64,000 nucleotides of DNA from an uncultured virus (IMG/VR IMGVR_UViG_3300011474_000007) (IMGVR_UViG_3300011474_000007:1-64000), one strand, 5' to 3'; shown: positions 42,258-52,835, numbered from the stretch's first letter. Made by a program: numbers and translations. The notes: a model not told the origin generated them from the sequence alone.

Positions 42258-43968
42258 TCTTAGATAAATTTTCTTTTAATAGCTCTTCTTTAGTTTTAGG
42301 ATGTACTTTAGAGAAATCATTTTTAATATAAGGAGATTTAACAGAATTGCTTTGTTTTTTTATATTGACTTTGGAATTGTTTTCAGATGGCTTATCAATA
42401 GTTTTTAATGATTTGATTTTTTGATTTTGTTCTTGTAATTGCTTTATTCCAGCATTTATATCATCTTTTTTATTTTGATTATTAAATTTTGTATTAGAAT
42501 CACTATCAGATTTTTTATCTTTTTTAGGAGTTTTTACTATGCTTTCCTTAACATATTGATATATACTATCTGTTAAATCTAATGTGTATAAATAGCCCTC
42601 ATAAGCCTTACAGATTACATATGCTTTTCTAGGAGGTAAGCCTACTGCTTCGTATCTACCTTCGCCTAAAACGATTGTAGAGCACACAGAATCATTAAAT
42701 CCATAACATACCCTAACGTTACTCATGTTCTTAAGAAAGCTACTTAAAAGTAGCTTCTGAGGCTTCTGGTGAGATATGACATAAGTAATTCCATAAGCAC
42801 CTCCGAATTGTGCTATTCGTTCTAATAAATCAATAATGTCTTTGTAGAAACTTTTCTTATCTTTTATAGCATTAGCAGCAACAGTCATTATTTCATCTAC
42901 AACAACATAAATATATGGCAATTTATTTTCAGGATGTTTTCTATTATAATCTTTAAGATTTGGGTCTTGAAAATTATCTATCATAGACATAAATAATTTT
43001 TTTCTTCTATTCATTTCTTTATTTATATTTTCTATAATTTTTAAAATAGTGCTCATATCATCACAAAATGCAAATTCACTTACCTGTTTACAGTTTCTAT
43101 ACTTAGCCAAGTCCCCTTTTGCACCTTGTAATAGATATAAACTAACTTCATCTTCAGTATTATTATGAATTAAATTGGTTATTATATGATCTAAAGTACC
43201 GTTTTTACCACTTCTAGTTGAGCCAGCTATTAAAATATGAGGTTCTGAATTAATATCAACTAATATAGGATTTCCACTTTCGTCTACTCCTAAAAATAGT
43301 TCATATGGCTTTGTAGTTGGTACAGGTTTAAATTTAATCTTATTACAATTTTCAATATATATAAATTTACCATCTATATAGTTTTTATTTGCATAAGTTT
43401 TAAGAACAACAGTACACTTTAGGTTATTTTGTAATGTTTCTCTGACACTGCTTAGATGTTTATAGTTGTATCCCCAAGGAATATATAATCTTGCTTCAGC
43501 ACCATAAGAAGTAAACTTCAAATCATTTGGAGAAAAAGTTTGATGCATTTTATTAAAGAGTTCTGTATAAGTCATTGCTTTTTCCCAATTGCTCAGAAAT
43601 TCGGTTCTTTTCTGCGCCAGTATTATATCTTCTTTTATCTTACTGGTACATTCTTTAAATTTATCCTTTGATACACCTTGTTTTCTTATATTATCTTCTA
43701 AATCAATTTGTTTACCACTTTTAACTTGTTTTTTCTTTTCCGTATTTATATTTTTAGTTTCTTTGTTTTTTAATTTCCAAAATACATTGCTTTCTAAGTT
43801 AGCTTTTTTTCTATTTTTAGATTTATTAAATATGTTTTGAAGTGTTTTTTTGCAACTGTCTTTTAATAACAGTTTCTTATTTTCAATTTGTTTTTCTTCA
43901 TCATGAACATTAATAATATTTCCTTTTGAATCCCTTATAGTAAATTTAGCAATTACTTTGCTGCTCAT
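42214..43968 (-). CDS. FtsK/SpoIIIE-family ATPase
   Basis: PHILIAGSTRSGK, EMNRR, YVVVDE, SHQKP. Confidence 0.9.
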   Translation of the reverse strand: MSSKVIAKFTIRDSKGNIINVHDEEKQIENKKLLLKDSCKKTLQNIFNKSKNRKKANLESNVFWKLKNKETKNINTEKKKQVKSGKQIDLEDNIRKQGVSKDKFKECTSKIKEDIILAQKRTEFLSNWEKAMTYTELFNKMHQTFSPNDLKFTSYGAEARLYIPWGYNYKHLSSVRETLQNNLKCTVVLKTYANKNYIDGKFIYIENCNKIKFKPVPTTKPYELFLGVDESGNPILVDINSEPHILIAGSTRSGKNGTLDHIITNLIHNNTEDEVSLYLLQGAKGDLAKYRNCKQVSEFAFCDDMSTILKIIENINKEMNRRKKLFMSMIDNFQDPNLKDYNRKHPENKLPYIYVVVDEIMTVAANAIKDKKSFYKDIIDLLERIAQFGGAYGITYVISHQKPQKLLLSSFLKNMSNVRVCYGFNDSVCSTIVLGEGRYEAVGLPPRKAYVICKAYEGYLYTLDLTDSIYQYVKESIVKTPKKDKKSDSDSNTKFNNQNKKDDINAGIKQLQEQNQKIKSLKTIDKPSENNSKVNIKKQSNSVKSPYIKNDFSKVHPKTKEELLKENLSKIEGYVPYIPPKPKE

Positions 43969-43978
43969 TTACATCACC

Positions 43979-44167
43979 CTATTTGTTTATTTTTATATTA
44001 CAACTATCATTAAATCCTTTTTCGAACTTTTTAATCTTTTTGAGATTTCTTGTAACAGTCATGTACTGCACTTTATTTTTATTCTTATCTTTTGACCATA
44101 TCTTATAAATGATATATGACACAAACCAAATGCCCCAACATATAAATCCAATCATTGTTATATCCAT
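43979..44167 (-). CDS. Small single-TM protein heading the FtsK operon
   Basis: GGAGG RBS; TM at residues 5-24. Confidence 0.65.
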   Translation of the reverse strand: MDITMIGFICWGIWFVSYIIYKIWSKDKNKNKVQYMTVTRNLKKIKKFEKGFNDSCNIKINK

Positions 44168-44210
44168 TAAGCTACCTCCTCAAGATTTATGTAGGTTATA
44201 TTTTATACTA

Positions 44211-44240
44211 TATACTATGGCATATGTCATAGATATGTGA
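44211..44240 (-). promoter_or_regulatory. Sigma-K-type promoter
   Basis: TCACA-N16-CATAGTATA about 45 bp upstream of the ATG. Confidence 0.6.
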
Positions 44241-44290
44241 AGAAATTTGAATAATATTTTAAATTTTACAAATAATATACAAATTGAGAG

Positions 44291-44953
44291 GTGTTTAGCG
44301 TGAGGATTGGAAGAGTATTTAGAAATACTAAGCGTGTTTTTAATATAATTTTATCTATAATAAGTTTTGGATTAGGTGTTCTTAGTTTTATTATATTTGC
44401 TATATATAAAACTTATAATTATGTAAAAAGAACTATATTTTATATAAATAAAACGTACAATTATTTAGATATTCAAAAGGAAATTAAAGCTATGGATGGC
44501 AGGCAATTCGAGATATTTTGTGGAGAATTATTTAAACAATTAGGGTTCAAAGTTAAAGTAACACAAAAAACTTGTGATTGTGGTAGAGATATAATATTAA
44601 AAAAGAATGGCTTTACAACTTATGTTGAATGTAAGAAATACGGAATAAACAACTTGATTGGAAGAGAACCATTACAAAAATTAGTAGGCAGTTCTATTGC
44701 GGATAGTGTTTTAAATATGATTTTTATAACTACAAGTGATTTCAACAAAAATGCCAAAGAATATGCTAAAAAAATGGATAGTTTAAAGCTCTGGACTACT
44801 ATAGATATTATGAAAAACATAGAAAAATTAAATGATAATCAGATATGTACAATATTTAAAAATACAGAAATGAAATATAATCGTGGAAATATAGTTGAGA
44901 AATTAGAAAATATTAATGAGAATTTAGTAGAAATAAATAAGAGTTTTAGGTAG
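44291..44953 (+). CDS. Mrr-like (Mrr_cat) endonuclease with N-terminal TM
   Basis: QFE...LG...DCGRDI...VECK...ITTSDF...A. Confidence 0.85.
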   Translation: MFSVRIGRVFRNTKRVFNIILSIISFGLGVLSFIIFAIYKTYNYVKRTIFYINKTYNYLDIQKEIKAMDGRQFEIFCGELFKQLGFKVKVTQKTCDCGRDIILKKNGFTTYVECKKYGINNLIGREPLQKLVGSSIADSVLNMIFITTSDFNKNAKEYAKKMDSLKLWTTIDIMKNIEKLNDNQICTIFKNTEMKYNRGNIVEKLENINENLVEINKSFR

Positions 44954-44980
44954 GACAATATATTTATCCTACCTAAAACT
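44942..44980. terminator. Bidirectional terminator between the mrr-like gene and tubZ
   Basis: 14-bp perfect inverted repeat AGTTTTAGGTAGGA/TCCTACCTAAAACT. Confidence 0.75.
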
Positions 44981-45007
44981 TAAATATTTAATTTATATAT
45001 TGATTTA

Positions 45008-46081
45008 TTAGATATCCCAAAAATTATCATCGGCAAATAAATCATCTAGATCTTTGCTTGATAATTTAGATTTTGTTTCTACTTCTTCTTCACCTGATCT
45101 ATTTTTATTTGTATTCTCACGTTGAACTATTAGGTCGTCTTGAACAACTCTTTTACTTTTTTTATTCTTCATTTCTTTTAATGCTTCTTTAGTTAATTCT
45201 ATAGCCTCTTTAGGCATTTCACAACCACCAAAAACAATAACATTATTACCGTCATCACCGTTATTGAACTTAGAAAATCCATATACTTCAAAATCTTTTT
45301 TCATGGAATTTATATCGAAATCATTCTTGTTTATGTTCCCTATCATACCATCGCAATTAAATTTTTCAGGCATATAGAATACACTAGATTTCATAGAAAC
45401 ATCTATTGCATCATTGATATCTCTTATCTTATTATCTAGTTTCAAAACAACTTTATATCCATTTGAACAATGAACTCTTTTTGTATCAGAACTATCTAAT
45501 TTACCACCAACTACTTCAAATCCTTCATTTAATTCCTTCATTGCTCTTAAGTTTACTTCTTGTTCATTAGAACATTTGTTATTATCTATGAATTGAATAC
45601 TATCTATTATTTTTTTATTCTTTAAAGCAATTAATTCATTCCAAGTATCTATAGTATTTTCAAAATCAAGATCACTTTCAGTCAAACTAGGAAATGTTGC
45701 AACTATATTTAAGGATTTTTCAGGACATAAATTTTTAACTATATATGGTAATAAAATTATAGCTTTTGAGCCTGTCCCTCCATTCATAGAGCTAAAAAAG
45801 TATACTACATCTTGATTAATGAATTTTTTTATCATTTCTGCAAATTTAGGAGCTTCTTCTTTTATGTATTCTTCAGCGACAGTTCTATTTTTACCAGTAC
45901 CATCAGCATTTGCTATATAAAAGCATCTTCTTTTTCTATCAAAGAATTTTAGGTTTTCCATTTCTGATAAATTAGTATTCATAAAAACACCAGTATATCT
46001 TTTATCTAAACCTAAGAAAACATCAAGTTGATTACAACCGCAACCTCCACAACCTACTGCTAATATCTTACTTTTTTCCAT
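45008..46081 (-). CDS. tubZ: Tubulin/FtsZ-like partition GTPase
   Basis: GCGGCGCN, DGTGKNR, and the NGGTGS tubulin signature. Confidence 0.9.
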   Translation of the reverse strand: MEKSKILAVGCGGCGCNQLDVFLGLDKRYTGVFMNTNLSEMENLKFFDRKRRCFYIANADGTGKNRTVAEEYIKEEAPKFAEMIKKFINQDVVYFFSSMNGGTGSKAIILLPYIVKNLCPEKSLNIVATFPSLTESDLDFENTIDTWNELIALKNKKIIDSIQFIDNNKCSNEQEVNLRAMKELNEGFEVVGGKLDSSDTKRVHCSNGYKVVLKLDNKIRDINDAIDVSMKSSVFYMPEKFNCDGMIGNINKNDFDINSMKKDFEVYGFSKFNNGDDGNNVIVFGGCEMPKEAIELTKEALKEMKNKKSKRVVQDDLIVQRENTNKNRSGEEEVETKSKLSSKDLDDLFADDNFWDI

Positions 46082-46084
46082 TTG

Positions 46085-46372
46085 TTATACCTCCCCAAAT
46101 ATATTTACTCGTAAACTATTTAACTCTTCAAAGCCTTTTTTTGTGAGCATAAAAGTATCTGCTCTTATAATTTTCAATCCCTTATCAATAAAACCTAATT
46201 TTTCAAACTTTTTTAATGTTTGTCTTACTTTTTTATCTGATAATTCAGTTTTTTCTATTATCTCTTTAACAGTTGTGCCATTACCTTTGCAAAGCCCTTT
46301 TTTTGTGTCATTTCTGTCAATTATAGCTTTTAATATTCTATAATCATTTTCCGTAAAGATAGTAGAACACAT
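46085..46372 (-). CDS. tubR: wHTH centromere-binding protein
   Basis: TVKEIIEKTELSDKKVRQTLKKF..LGFI wHTH; 3 bp upstream of tubZ. Confidence 0.8.
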   Translation of the reverse strand: MCSTIFTENDYRILKAIIDRNDTKKGLCKGNGTTVKEIIEKTELSDKKVRQTLKKFEKLGFIDKGLKIIRADTFMLTKKGFEELNSLRVNIFGEV

Positions 46373-46399
46373 TTTAGATTCACCTCTAACTAAATATAT

Positions 46400-46930
46400 A
46401 TTTTATTACTATTAGAATACTACTAACTTAGAATTAATTTATTATTTCCATAGATGTTAAATGATACTTTTATAGAACTTATTTTCCTGTAATTAATAAT
46501 ACTATAATACTATATTATAAAGTATATTTCAATACTGTTTGAAATATATTAATATTAATCAATATTAACTTAGAACTTAATTAGTACTAATATAGAACTT
46601 AATTATAATTATAATATAATTAAGTTAGTATAAAATTAGAATAATATTAGTATTTATATGGATATATTTTAGTGATTAAATAGATACAAAGCGTTATTAT
46701 ATGGGGTTAATTAAGTATTTATATAGAAGTATAAAGTAAATATATTAGTACTCAATTATTCCTAAGATGTCTATTTAGATAAATTACTATATGAATACAG
46801 TGAAATAGTTATATTTAAGTGAAATGAAGTTAAAGTTATTATATAATAAAGTTAAGCAAAGTTAAATAAATCTTAATTTAAAATAAAACTAATTTAAAGT
46901 TATATAAATAAATAGTTAAACTAACTTAAA
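46400..46930. repeat. Putative tubC centromere and divergent promoter region
   Basis: TAGAACTTAATT-like repeats at 46429, 46473, 46571 and 46593; AAAGTTA repeats at 46827-46902. Confidence 0.55.
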
Positions 46931-47019
46931 GTGATATTTATATAAATGAAAAGTAACATATACGTTTTAATTTACTTATGTTATACTTTAACTAAGCTTT
47001 GTTTAAGGAGTGGTTAAAA

Positions 47020-47760
47020 GTGAAAAATTTTGATAAAGATAATATTATTGATGCTGAATTTACAAATGTAGAAGAAAACATAAATAATGAGGACACTAAA
47101 ACAAGGTTGATCCGCGGTGAGCCTTTGTTCTTCACGACAATGCAGGTAAGTAAAATGGTAGGGGTAGAACCTTCAACTATAAGATTCTGGAGTAAAAGAT
47201 TTGAAAATTTATTAGATGTAGAAATTTCTAATAAAAATAAGCAGTACAAAAAATCAGATGTAGAGAAATTAAAATTTATTAAAAAGTTAACAAAACACGA
47301 TGGGCTTACGCTTCAGCAAGTGCAAGATTATTGTAGCACAAAAGGTTTTGATATAAATGAAATAGAACAAAGTGTAGTAGATTCTAGTAATCCATTGGCT
47401 ATTCAAACCATAATGTCAGCTTTAACAGTAGAGATAGATAAGAAGTTAAACTCTTTTTCAGAAAACTTATTAAATGAAATTGACAAGAGGCAAAAGAATG
47501 GGGTTTTAATTCAACAAGAAATGAATGATAAACTTCATGAAACTATAGCATTAACAGTAGATGAAATAGTTTCTGAAAAGTTAGACAAGTCTGTATCTGA
47601 GTTTAAATCCTATGTAGACGAAAAAGAAAGACAAGCTACTTCGAGAGATATAGAAATGATTGATATGTTAAAAAACAACATGGAAGAAAGAAAAAAGCAA
47701 CAAGAAGAGATAGAAGCAGAAAAGAAGAAATCATTTTGGGGAAGGTTATTAGGAAAATAA
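47020..47760 (+). CDS. tubY: MerR-HTH/coiled-coil partition regulator
   Basis: MerR HTH (VEPSTIRFWS), coiled coil, amphipathic KKSFWGRLL tail; GTG after AAGGAG; divergent from tubRZ. Confidence 0.75.
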   Translation: MKNFDKDNIIDAEFTNVEENINNEDTKTRLIRGEPLFFTTMQVSKMVGVEPSTIRFWSKRFENLLDVEISNKNKQYKKSDVEKLKFIKKLTKHDGLTLQQVQDYCSTKGFDINEIEQSVVDSSNPLAIQTIMSALTVEIDKKLNSFSENLLNEIDKRQKNGVLIQQEMNDKLHETIALTVDEIVSEKLDKSVSEFKSYVDEKERQATSRDIEMIDMLKNNMEERKKQQEEIEAEKKKSFWGRLLGK

Positions 47761-48116
47761 TCTTCCTTATACCTTAAATTGTGACATCATGAGAAAAGAT
47801 ATGAGAGCAAATTAAACGAAATAGATATAATATACTAGGGAAAGAGAATGTATCTTAAAATAGATTAGAATAAGTTTTAAGAATATATATAAAATAATTT
47901 GAATTTACCAAAATGATAGTTGGCCAATACAAAATAAGTTTAAAATATAAAAGCATACAAAAGGAGAGATTATTATGAAAAGATTTTTTTTACATAATTT
48001 AGGTATTTACATATAGAAATTATGGTAAATATGTTATATAATAGATAGAGTAGTGCACTATATTTTATATAAAATAAAAAATTTGTTTAATAATATTAAA
48101 ATAAAGGTGGGTTAAT

Positions 48117-48431
48117 ATGAAAAAGAAAATGAGTATTAAATTTATAGTATCAGTTTTGTGTGGTGTTCTAATGCTTTTTAATTTGACAGGAAGTGTACAT
48201 GCCGCATCAGATGATATTGTGTTTCGTCCTAACGGAAATGTTACTGCTGTTGTTACAGCCGATGATGTATGCTTTAGAAGACATGCAAGTACAAGTTCTG
48301 AAATTATCTATATTTTACAAAAAGGTGATAGGGGGAAATGGCTAGGAGGAACTGCTGGAAATGAATGGGGCAAAGTTCTTTATAATGGTGTAACTGGTTT
48401 TATTTATTCTCAATATCTTAAATATGAATAA
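48117..48431 (+). CDS. Secreted single bacterial SH3 domain protein
   Basis: Signal peptide (VHA), VCFRRHASTSS...W..V.Y.G.TGFI.SQYL; long inverted-repeat terminator at 48453-48510. Confidence 0.8.
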   Translation: MKKKMSIKFIVSVLCGVLMLFNLTGSVHAASDDIVFRPNGNVTAVVTADDVCFRRHASTSSEIIYILQKGDRGKWLGGTAGNEWGKVLYNGVTGFIYSQYLKYE

Positions 48432-48530
48432 GTAAAGTTTTTTATTAATACAAAAATACTCGCTCTTTCAAGAGGTGAATTAAATAAATTAATGAAAGAA
48501 CGAGTATTTTTTATGATTGTAGCGACTTGG

Positions 48531-49940
48531 CAAGAACACCCGTGACTTCAGTCATGGGATGAATTGTCAAAAGTATTTGATATATTTAAAATAATTTGTT
48601 AAAATAAATACAAGGAGGTGAGATAAAATGAAATTAAGTTTTAAATATTATCCTAAATTTAATCAACAACAATTAGATATTATGGAAGAATTATCTTATC
48701 ATACAACAAAATTATATAATATAGCAAATTATGATTGTAGGGAAGATATGGTCAAATCTTATGTAGAAATGAATAAGTTATATAACAACAACTACCATAA
48801 ACAGTTTTTACACAGTCATAACTATCAACAGTGTCTTAAATTATTAGAAAAGAATTGGAAGTCTTATTTTGCTAGTATAAAAGATTATAAAAAAAATCCT
48901 AGTAAATACAAAGGCATTCCAAGACGACCTAAATTTAAAAATACTGATAATAAAAAGAATGAAGTTATATTTACTCAACATGCTATAAGAATACAAGATA
49001 ATATACTTAAATTATCCTTATCAAAAGAAATGAAAAATAAATTTCAGGTTCAAAGTTTAAATTTTAATATGAAAAATATTAAAATACCTGTAGATTTAAT
49101 AACTATTAAACAGATAAAATTACAATGAGATAATTCAAAGAAAATATGGTATTTAAATATGATTTGGGTTAAAGAAGAAGTTAACATAGCCAAGGATTAT
49201 GATAATATTATGAGCATTGATTTAGGATTAAATAATTTAGCTACTATAACATTTGAAAATAATACAAATTCTTATATTATTGATGGTAAATATATTAGAT
49301 CTAAAAATAGTTATTATAATAAAGAAATAGCTAAATTGACAAGTATATCAATGAAACAATGTAAAAATTCTAAATATTTTAAGAGAACAAAACAAATCAA
49401 TAAATTACAGACAAAAAGGAATAACTTTATTAAAGATTATATTCATAAAGCAAGTAAGAAAGTAATTGATGTAGCTATTATTAATAGATGTCATACTATT
49501 ATAATAGGTGATTTTAAAGGAATTAAACAAGAAAATGCTGCTAAATCATTTGTACAAACACCTCAACAACAATTAGTTGATAAAATTAAATATAAAGCTG
49601 AATTATTAGGTATAAAAATAATAATGCAAAATGAATCATACACAAGTGGATGTAGTGCTTTAGATTTAGAAGAAATAAGCAAAGATAGTTATAATAAAAA
49701 TAGAAGAATATATAGAGGTTTATTTAAAAGTAATAAAGGAATATTAATTAATGCAGATATAAATGGTAGTTATAATATCATGAGAAAGTATTTAAAATGT
49801 ACTCCAAGGTCTTTGATAAAGATGATGGATAATGGATTTTTGAACAATCCAATACGTTTAAGGGTGGCGTAGTAATACGTGGAAACTTAAATATCAAACA
49901 ACGTATAAAAAATCACGCGACTTTAGTCGTGTGAGGTTCA
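48531..49940 (+). mobile_element. IS200/IS605-family (IS1341-type, tnpB only) element
   Basis: Left hairpin 48539-48558, right hairpin 49913-49934 ending GGTTCA; no tnpA. Confidence 0.85.
48628..49872 (+). pseudogene. tnpB: TnpB RNA-guided nuclease with an in-frame TGA at 49126-49128
   Basis: Both ORFs are in one frame; IDLG, NESYTS and NADING RuvC motifs. Confidence 0.88.
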
Positions 49941-50308
49941 AGAATTTAGCATTTCATTTCGCGACTTAACCTATAGGATGAAATGCTAAAAATAATAGTT
50001 GACCAATATAGAACAATTTATTAAAATAGAAACAGAACAAGTGAAAACAAATGAAGAAATTATAAAATATTAAGAAATAAAAACTGAGGTACGAGGGTTT
50101 TGTTTCTTATAATATATTTTATTAATTATTAGTATATATTGTTATATTAGTATATATTGTTTCACTCTCTTTAGTGACCAAATTACATTTACGTAGACTT
50201 CCTAAAAGAATGTAATTACATTTACGAAGTTAATTTAACTAAGTTGTGTAATGTTTTTTACATTCTCGGAGGAGAGAGTCAAAATATAAAAAAGGGACGT
50301 GTTTAATT

Positions 50309-51154
50309 GTGAATAATGACTTTTTTGTACAAGTATCGAATAATATGTTAGTAGAAGATAGGGAGTTAGAAGGTAGTTATATTTTATCTAATGAATCTTT
50401 ACTCATATACATATTAGTTTGCAAAACTATGACTATAAGAAACTATTGTACTTTTTCTATTAATCAGCTGTTTGATTTTTTACAGGTCAATCGTAATCAA
50501 ACTAAAATGTTAGATAAAATTAAAGGTTGTTTATTAGAACTAAAAGAAGTAAATATATTTTCATATTACGAAGATATTGATTTAAAAAAGGAAGTTAAAG
50601 ATGTAAACAAACTTAAAAAAGGGGAAATGTATTTTGTACAACTGGATTATGAGTTTGATAATAATTTTTTTATAGTTTATGATAATGAAATAAAAAAAAT
50701 ATTAGATTATTGCAAAGGTAAAAAGAATATAGATAAATTCAAATTAACAGGATATTTTTGTTATTTAATCATGAGAATGAATAAGGAAAATAAGATTTGT
50801 TATCCTTCATTTGATAAAATAGAGTTTGATGTAGGCATAGGAACTAAAGCAATAATATCATATAATACAATTTTAAAAGAATTAAAATTAATAGATTATG
50901 TTAATGCTGGATATAGAGTTGTAAGGGGAAAAGTAAAGCAAGATGTTAATTATTATTGTAGATATAAAGATAGGGAATGTTTAAAAGAATATGCAAAAAG
51001 ATTTAAAGAAGATAACAATCTAAAAGTACAAACAATTAATGAAAAGAAAAAAAGTAATAAAAAGAGAAGTCTAAAGCAGAAAATTAATTATTTAGAGAAG
51101 TTAGGAGATATTAGTGGATCAAAACAAATAAAAGATATATATGATAAGTTATAA
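50309..51154 (+). CDS. Tandem wHTH DNA-binding protein
   Basis: CYPSFDKI...I..YN.IL.ELKLI HTH pattern. Confidence 0.6.
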   Translation: MNNDFFVQVSNNMLVEDRELEGSYILSNESLLIYILVCKTMTIRNYCTFSINQLFDFLQVNRNQTKMLDKIKGCLLELKEVNIFSYYEDIDLKKEVKDVNKLKKGEMYFVQLDYEFDNNFFIVYDNEIKKILDYCKGKKNIDKFKLTGYFCYLIMRMNKENKICYPSFDKIEFDVGIGTKAIISYNTILKELKLIDYVNAGYRVVRGKVKQDVNYYCRYKDRECLKEYAKRFKEDNNLKVQTINEKKKSNKKRSLKQKINYLEKLGDISGSKQIKDIYDKL

Positions 51155-51327
51155 TTAAGAACTATTGAATCATTTAATAGTATAAATGTATAATTTTATT
51201 GTAAAATAGAAAATTTTTCATAACGGGACTTGAATAATATAAAATAATTTGTTATAATATGAGCATGATGAAGTAGAAGAAGAATTGCTAAAATGTCAAA
51301 TATAATATAAAGGAAGGAAACTGTATA

Positions 51328-52179
51328 ATGAAGAAAATAAAATCAAGTAAAAACTTAAAAAAAGGAAAGTTAACTAAAGATGAATTAAAATTATATGATT
51401 TAGAAGATAAAGAAATAAATATAATCTTAGAATATCAAAAAAAATTACCTGTGTTACAAAAAGAAAATGAAAATTGGGTTAACGCAAGAATTTTGCATAA
51501 TGAATTAGGTGTAGGTAGGGACTTTACCACATGGATAAAACAACAAGTTGAAGATTTGGATTTGGAAGAGGAAAAAGAATACAATATAAGATGGGTAAAA
51601 GGTAGCGACACCTTTAAAGGGGACGCTAGTAATTCTAATAAAATGGTGGCTTTAGGTTATAATAAAGAGTATTTTATAATTATTGAAATTGCAAAAGAAG
51701 TAGCTATGGTTGCAGGAGCAAAAGGTGGACGAACTGGTAAAGAATTAAAAGAAAGAAGTAAAATTGCTAGAAAATATTTTATATACATAGAGAAGGCTTT
51801 CAAAAATAGATATGAATGGAATTTAGATAGGGAAGATACAATTATTAAATGTAAGACATTAAAAAGTGCTTTAATAAAATATAAAAATCAGGTAATAAAG
51901 ACAATACCTAAATATACGCATAATAATCAATTTATAGCTGAATTCTGTTTATTGAATGAGGTCATTATTGGAATGTCTGCGAGTGAATATAAAAAGAGAA
52001 AAGGGTTTTCAAAAGATTTCCCAATTAGGAATAGCTTTAGCGAAAAAGAGTTAGAATTAATTCAAATACTAGAACAATATGATTCAGACTTAATAAGAAT
52101 ACAAAATGAATTTAACTATGAAGATAGAAGAAAATTTTTAAGTAAAAAATTAAAAAGCCTAATACAAAATAATTTGTAA
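51328..52179 (+). CDS. AntA/AntB-type antirepressor
   Basis: VNARILHNELGVGRDFTTWIK...AKEVAM...ARKYFI.IEK. Confidence 0.85.
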   Translation: MKKIKSSKNLKKGKLTKDELKLYDLEDKEINIILEYQKKLPVLQKENENWVNARILHNELGVGRDFTTWIKQQVEDLDLEEEKEYNIRWVKGSDTFKGDASNSNKMVALGYNKEYFIIIEIAKEVAMVAGAKGGRTGKELKERSKIARKYFIYIEKAFKNRYEWNLDREDTIIKCKTLKSALIKYKNQVIKTIPKYTHNNQFIAEFCLLNEVIIGMSASEYKKRKGFSKDFPIRNSFSEKELELIQILEQYDSDLIRIQNEFNYEDRRKFLSKKLKSLIQNNL

Positions 52180-52199
52180 TTATAGATAGGAGAGGGGCT

Positions 52200-52547
52200 A
52201 TGAAAAGCTTATTAAAAGCAAAGGGTAAAATAATAGGGGAGTTTAAAGGAGATTCTAATCTATGCAATTATAGATTATTGGAATCTAAGAAAGAAGATTT
52301 AAAAAATCATTATATAACAGGCATATTTAATAATAACCTAGGTGAATTTGTACATATAAGGTTGTTAGATGGCAAAAAACAAATATTTAATAGTAAAGGT
52401 ATACTGGAATATAGAAACGATTTAGGAGGTTCTCTGTGGCGTGTATTCGTGGGAGATAAATGTTTAGATGATGTATTGTGGACATACACAGATAAAGCAA
52501 GAGATATAGAAGTTATTATAGAGTTGGTTGAGAAAGGGGACAAGTAA
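52200..52547 (+). CDS. Hypothetical protein
   Basis: AGGAG RBS; operonic. Confidence 0.6.
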   Translation: MKSLLKAKGKIIGEFKGDSNLCNYRLLESKKEDLKNHYITGIFNNNLGEFVHIRLLDGKKQIFNSKGILEYRNDLGGSLWRVFVGDKCLDDVLWTYTDKARDIEVIIELVEKGDK

Positions 52548-52548
52548 T

Positions 52549-52749
52549 ATGTGTTTAATAGATGATGATAAAGAAGTTATAATTGAGTATAAAAATATTT
52601 ATGATTATGAAGGAGATAGACAAGCTTGGAGAAAGTGGACAAGACTAAATAATAAAATTAAGCGAGAAGAAAATTCTAAAAACAAAGTATATCGTACAGA
52701 AGAAGAGTATTGGAGTCAACAAATGAAAGAATGGGACTTTATGCTATAA
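52549..52749 (+). CDS. Hypothetical protein
   Basis: ATG at 52549 after AAGGGG, next to the upstream stop. Confidence 0.55.
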   Translation: MCLIDDDKEVIIEYKNIYDYEGDRQAWRKWTRLNNKIKREENSKNKVYRTEEEYWSQQMKEWDFML

Positions 52750-52835
52750 AGTTAAAGTTAATTTTACATATTGATATAATAATTTATAAATATATATTAA
52801 AACAAGTATTTTATTTAAATTTAGGGAGGGATTGA

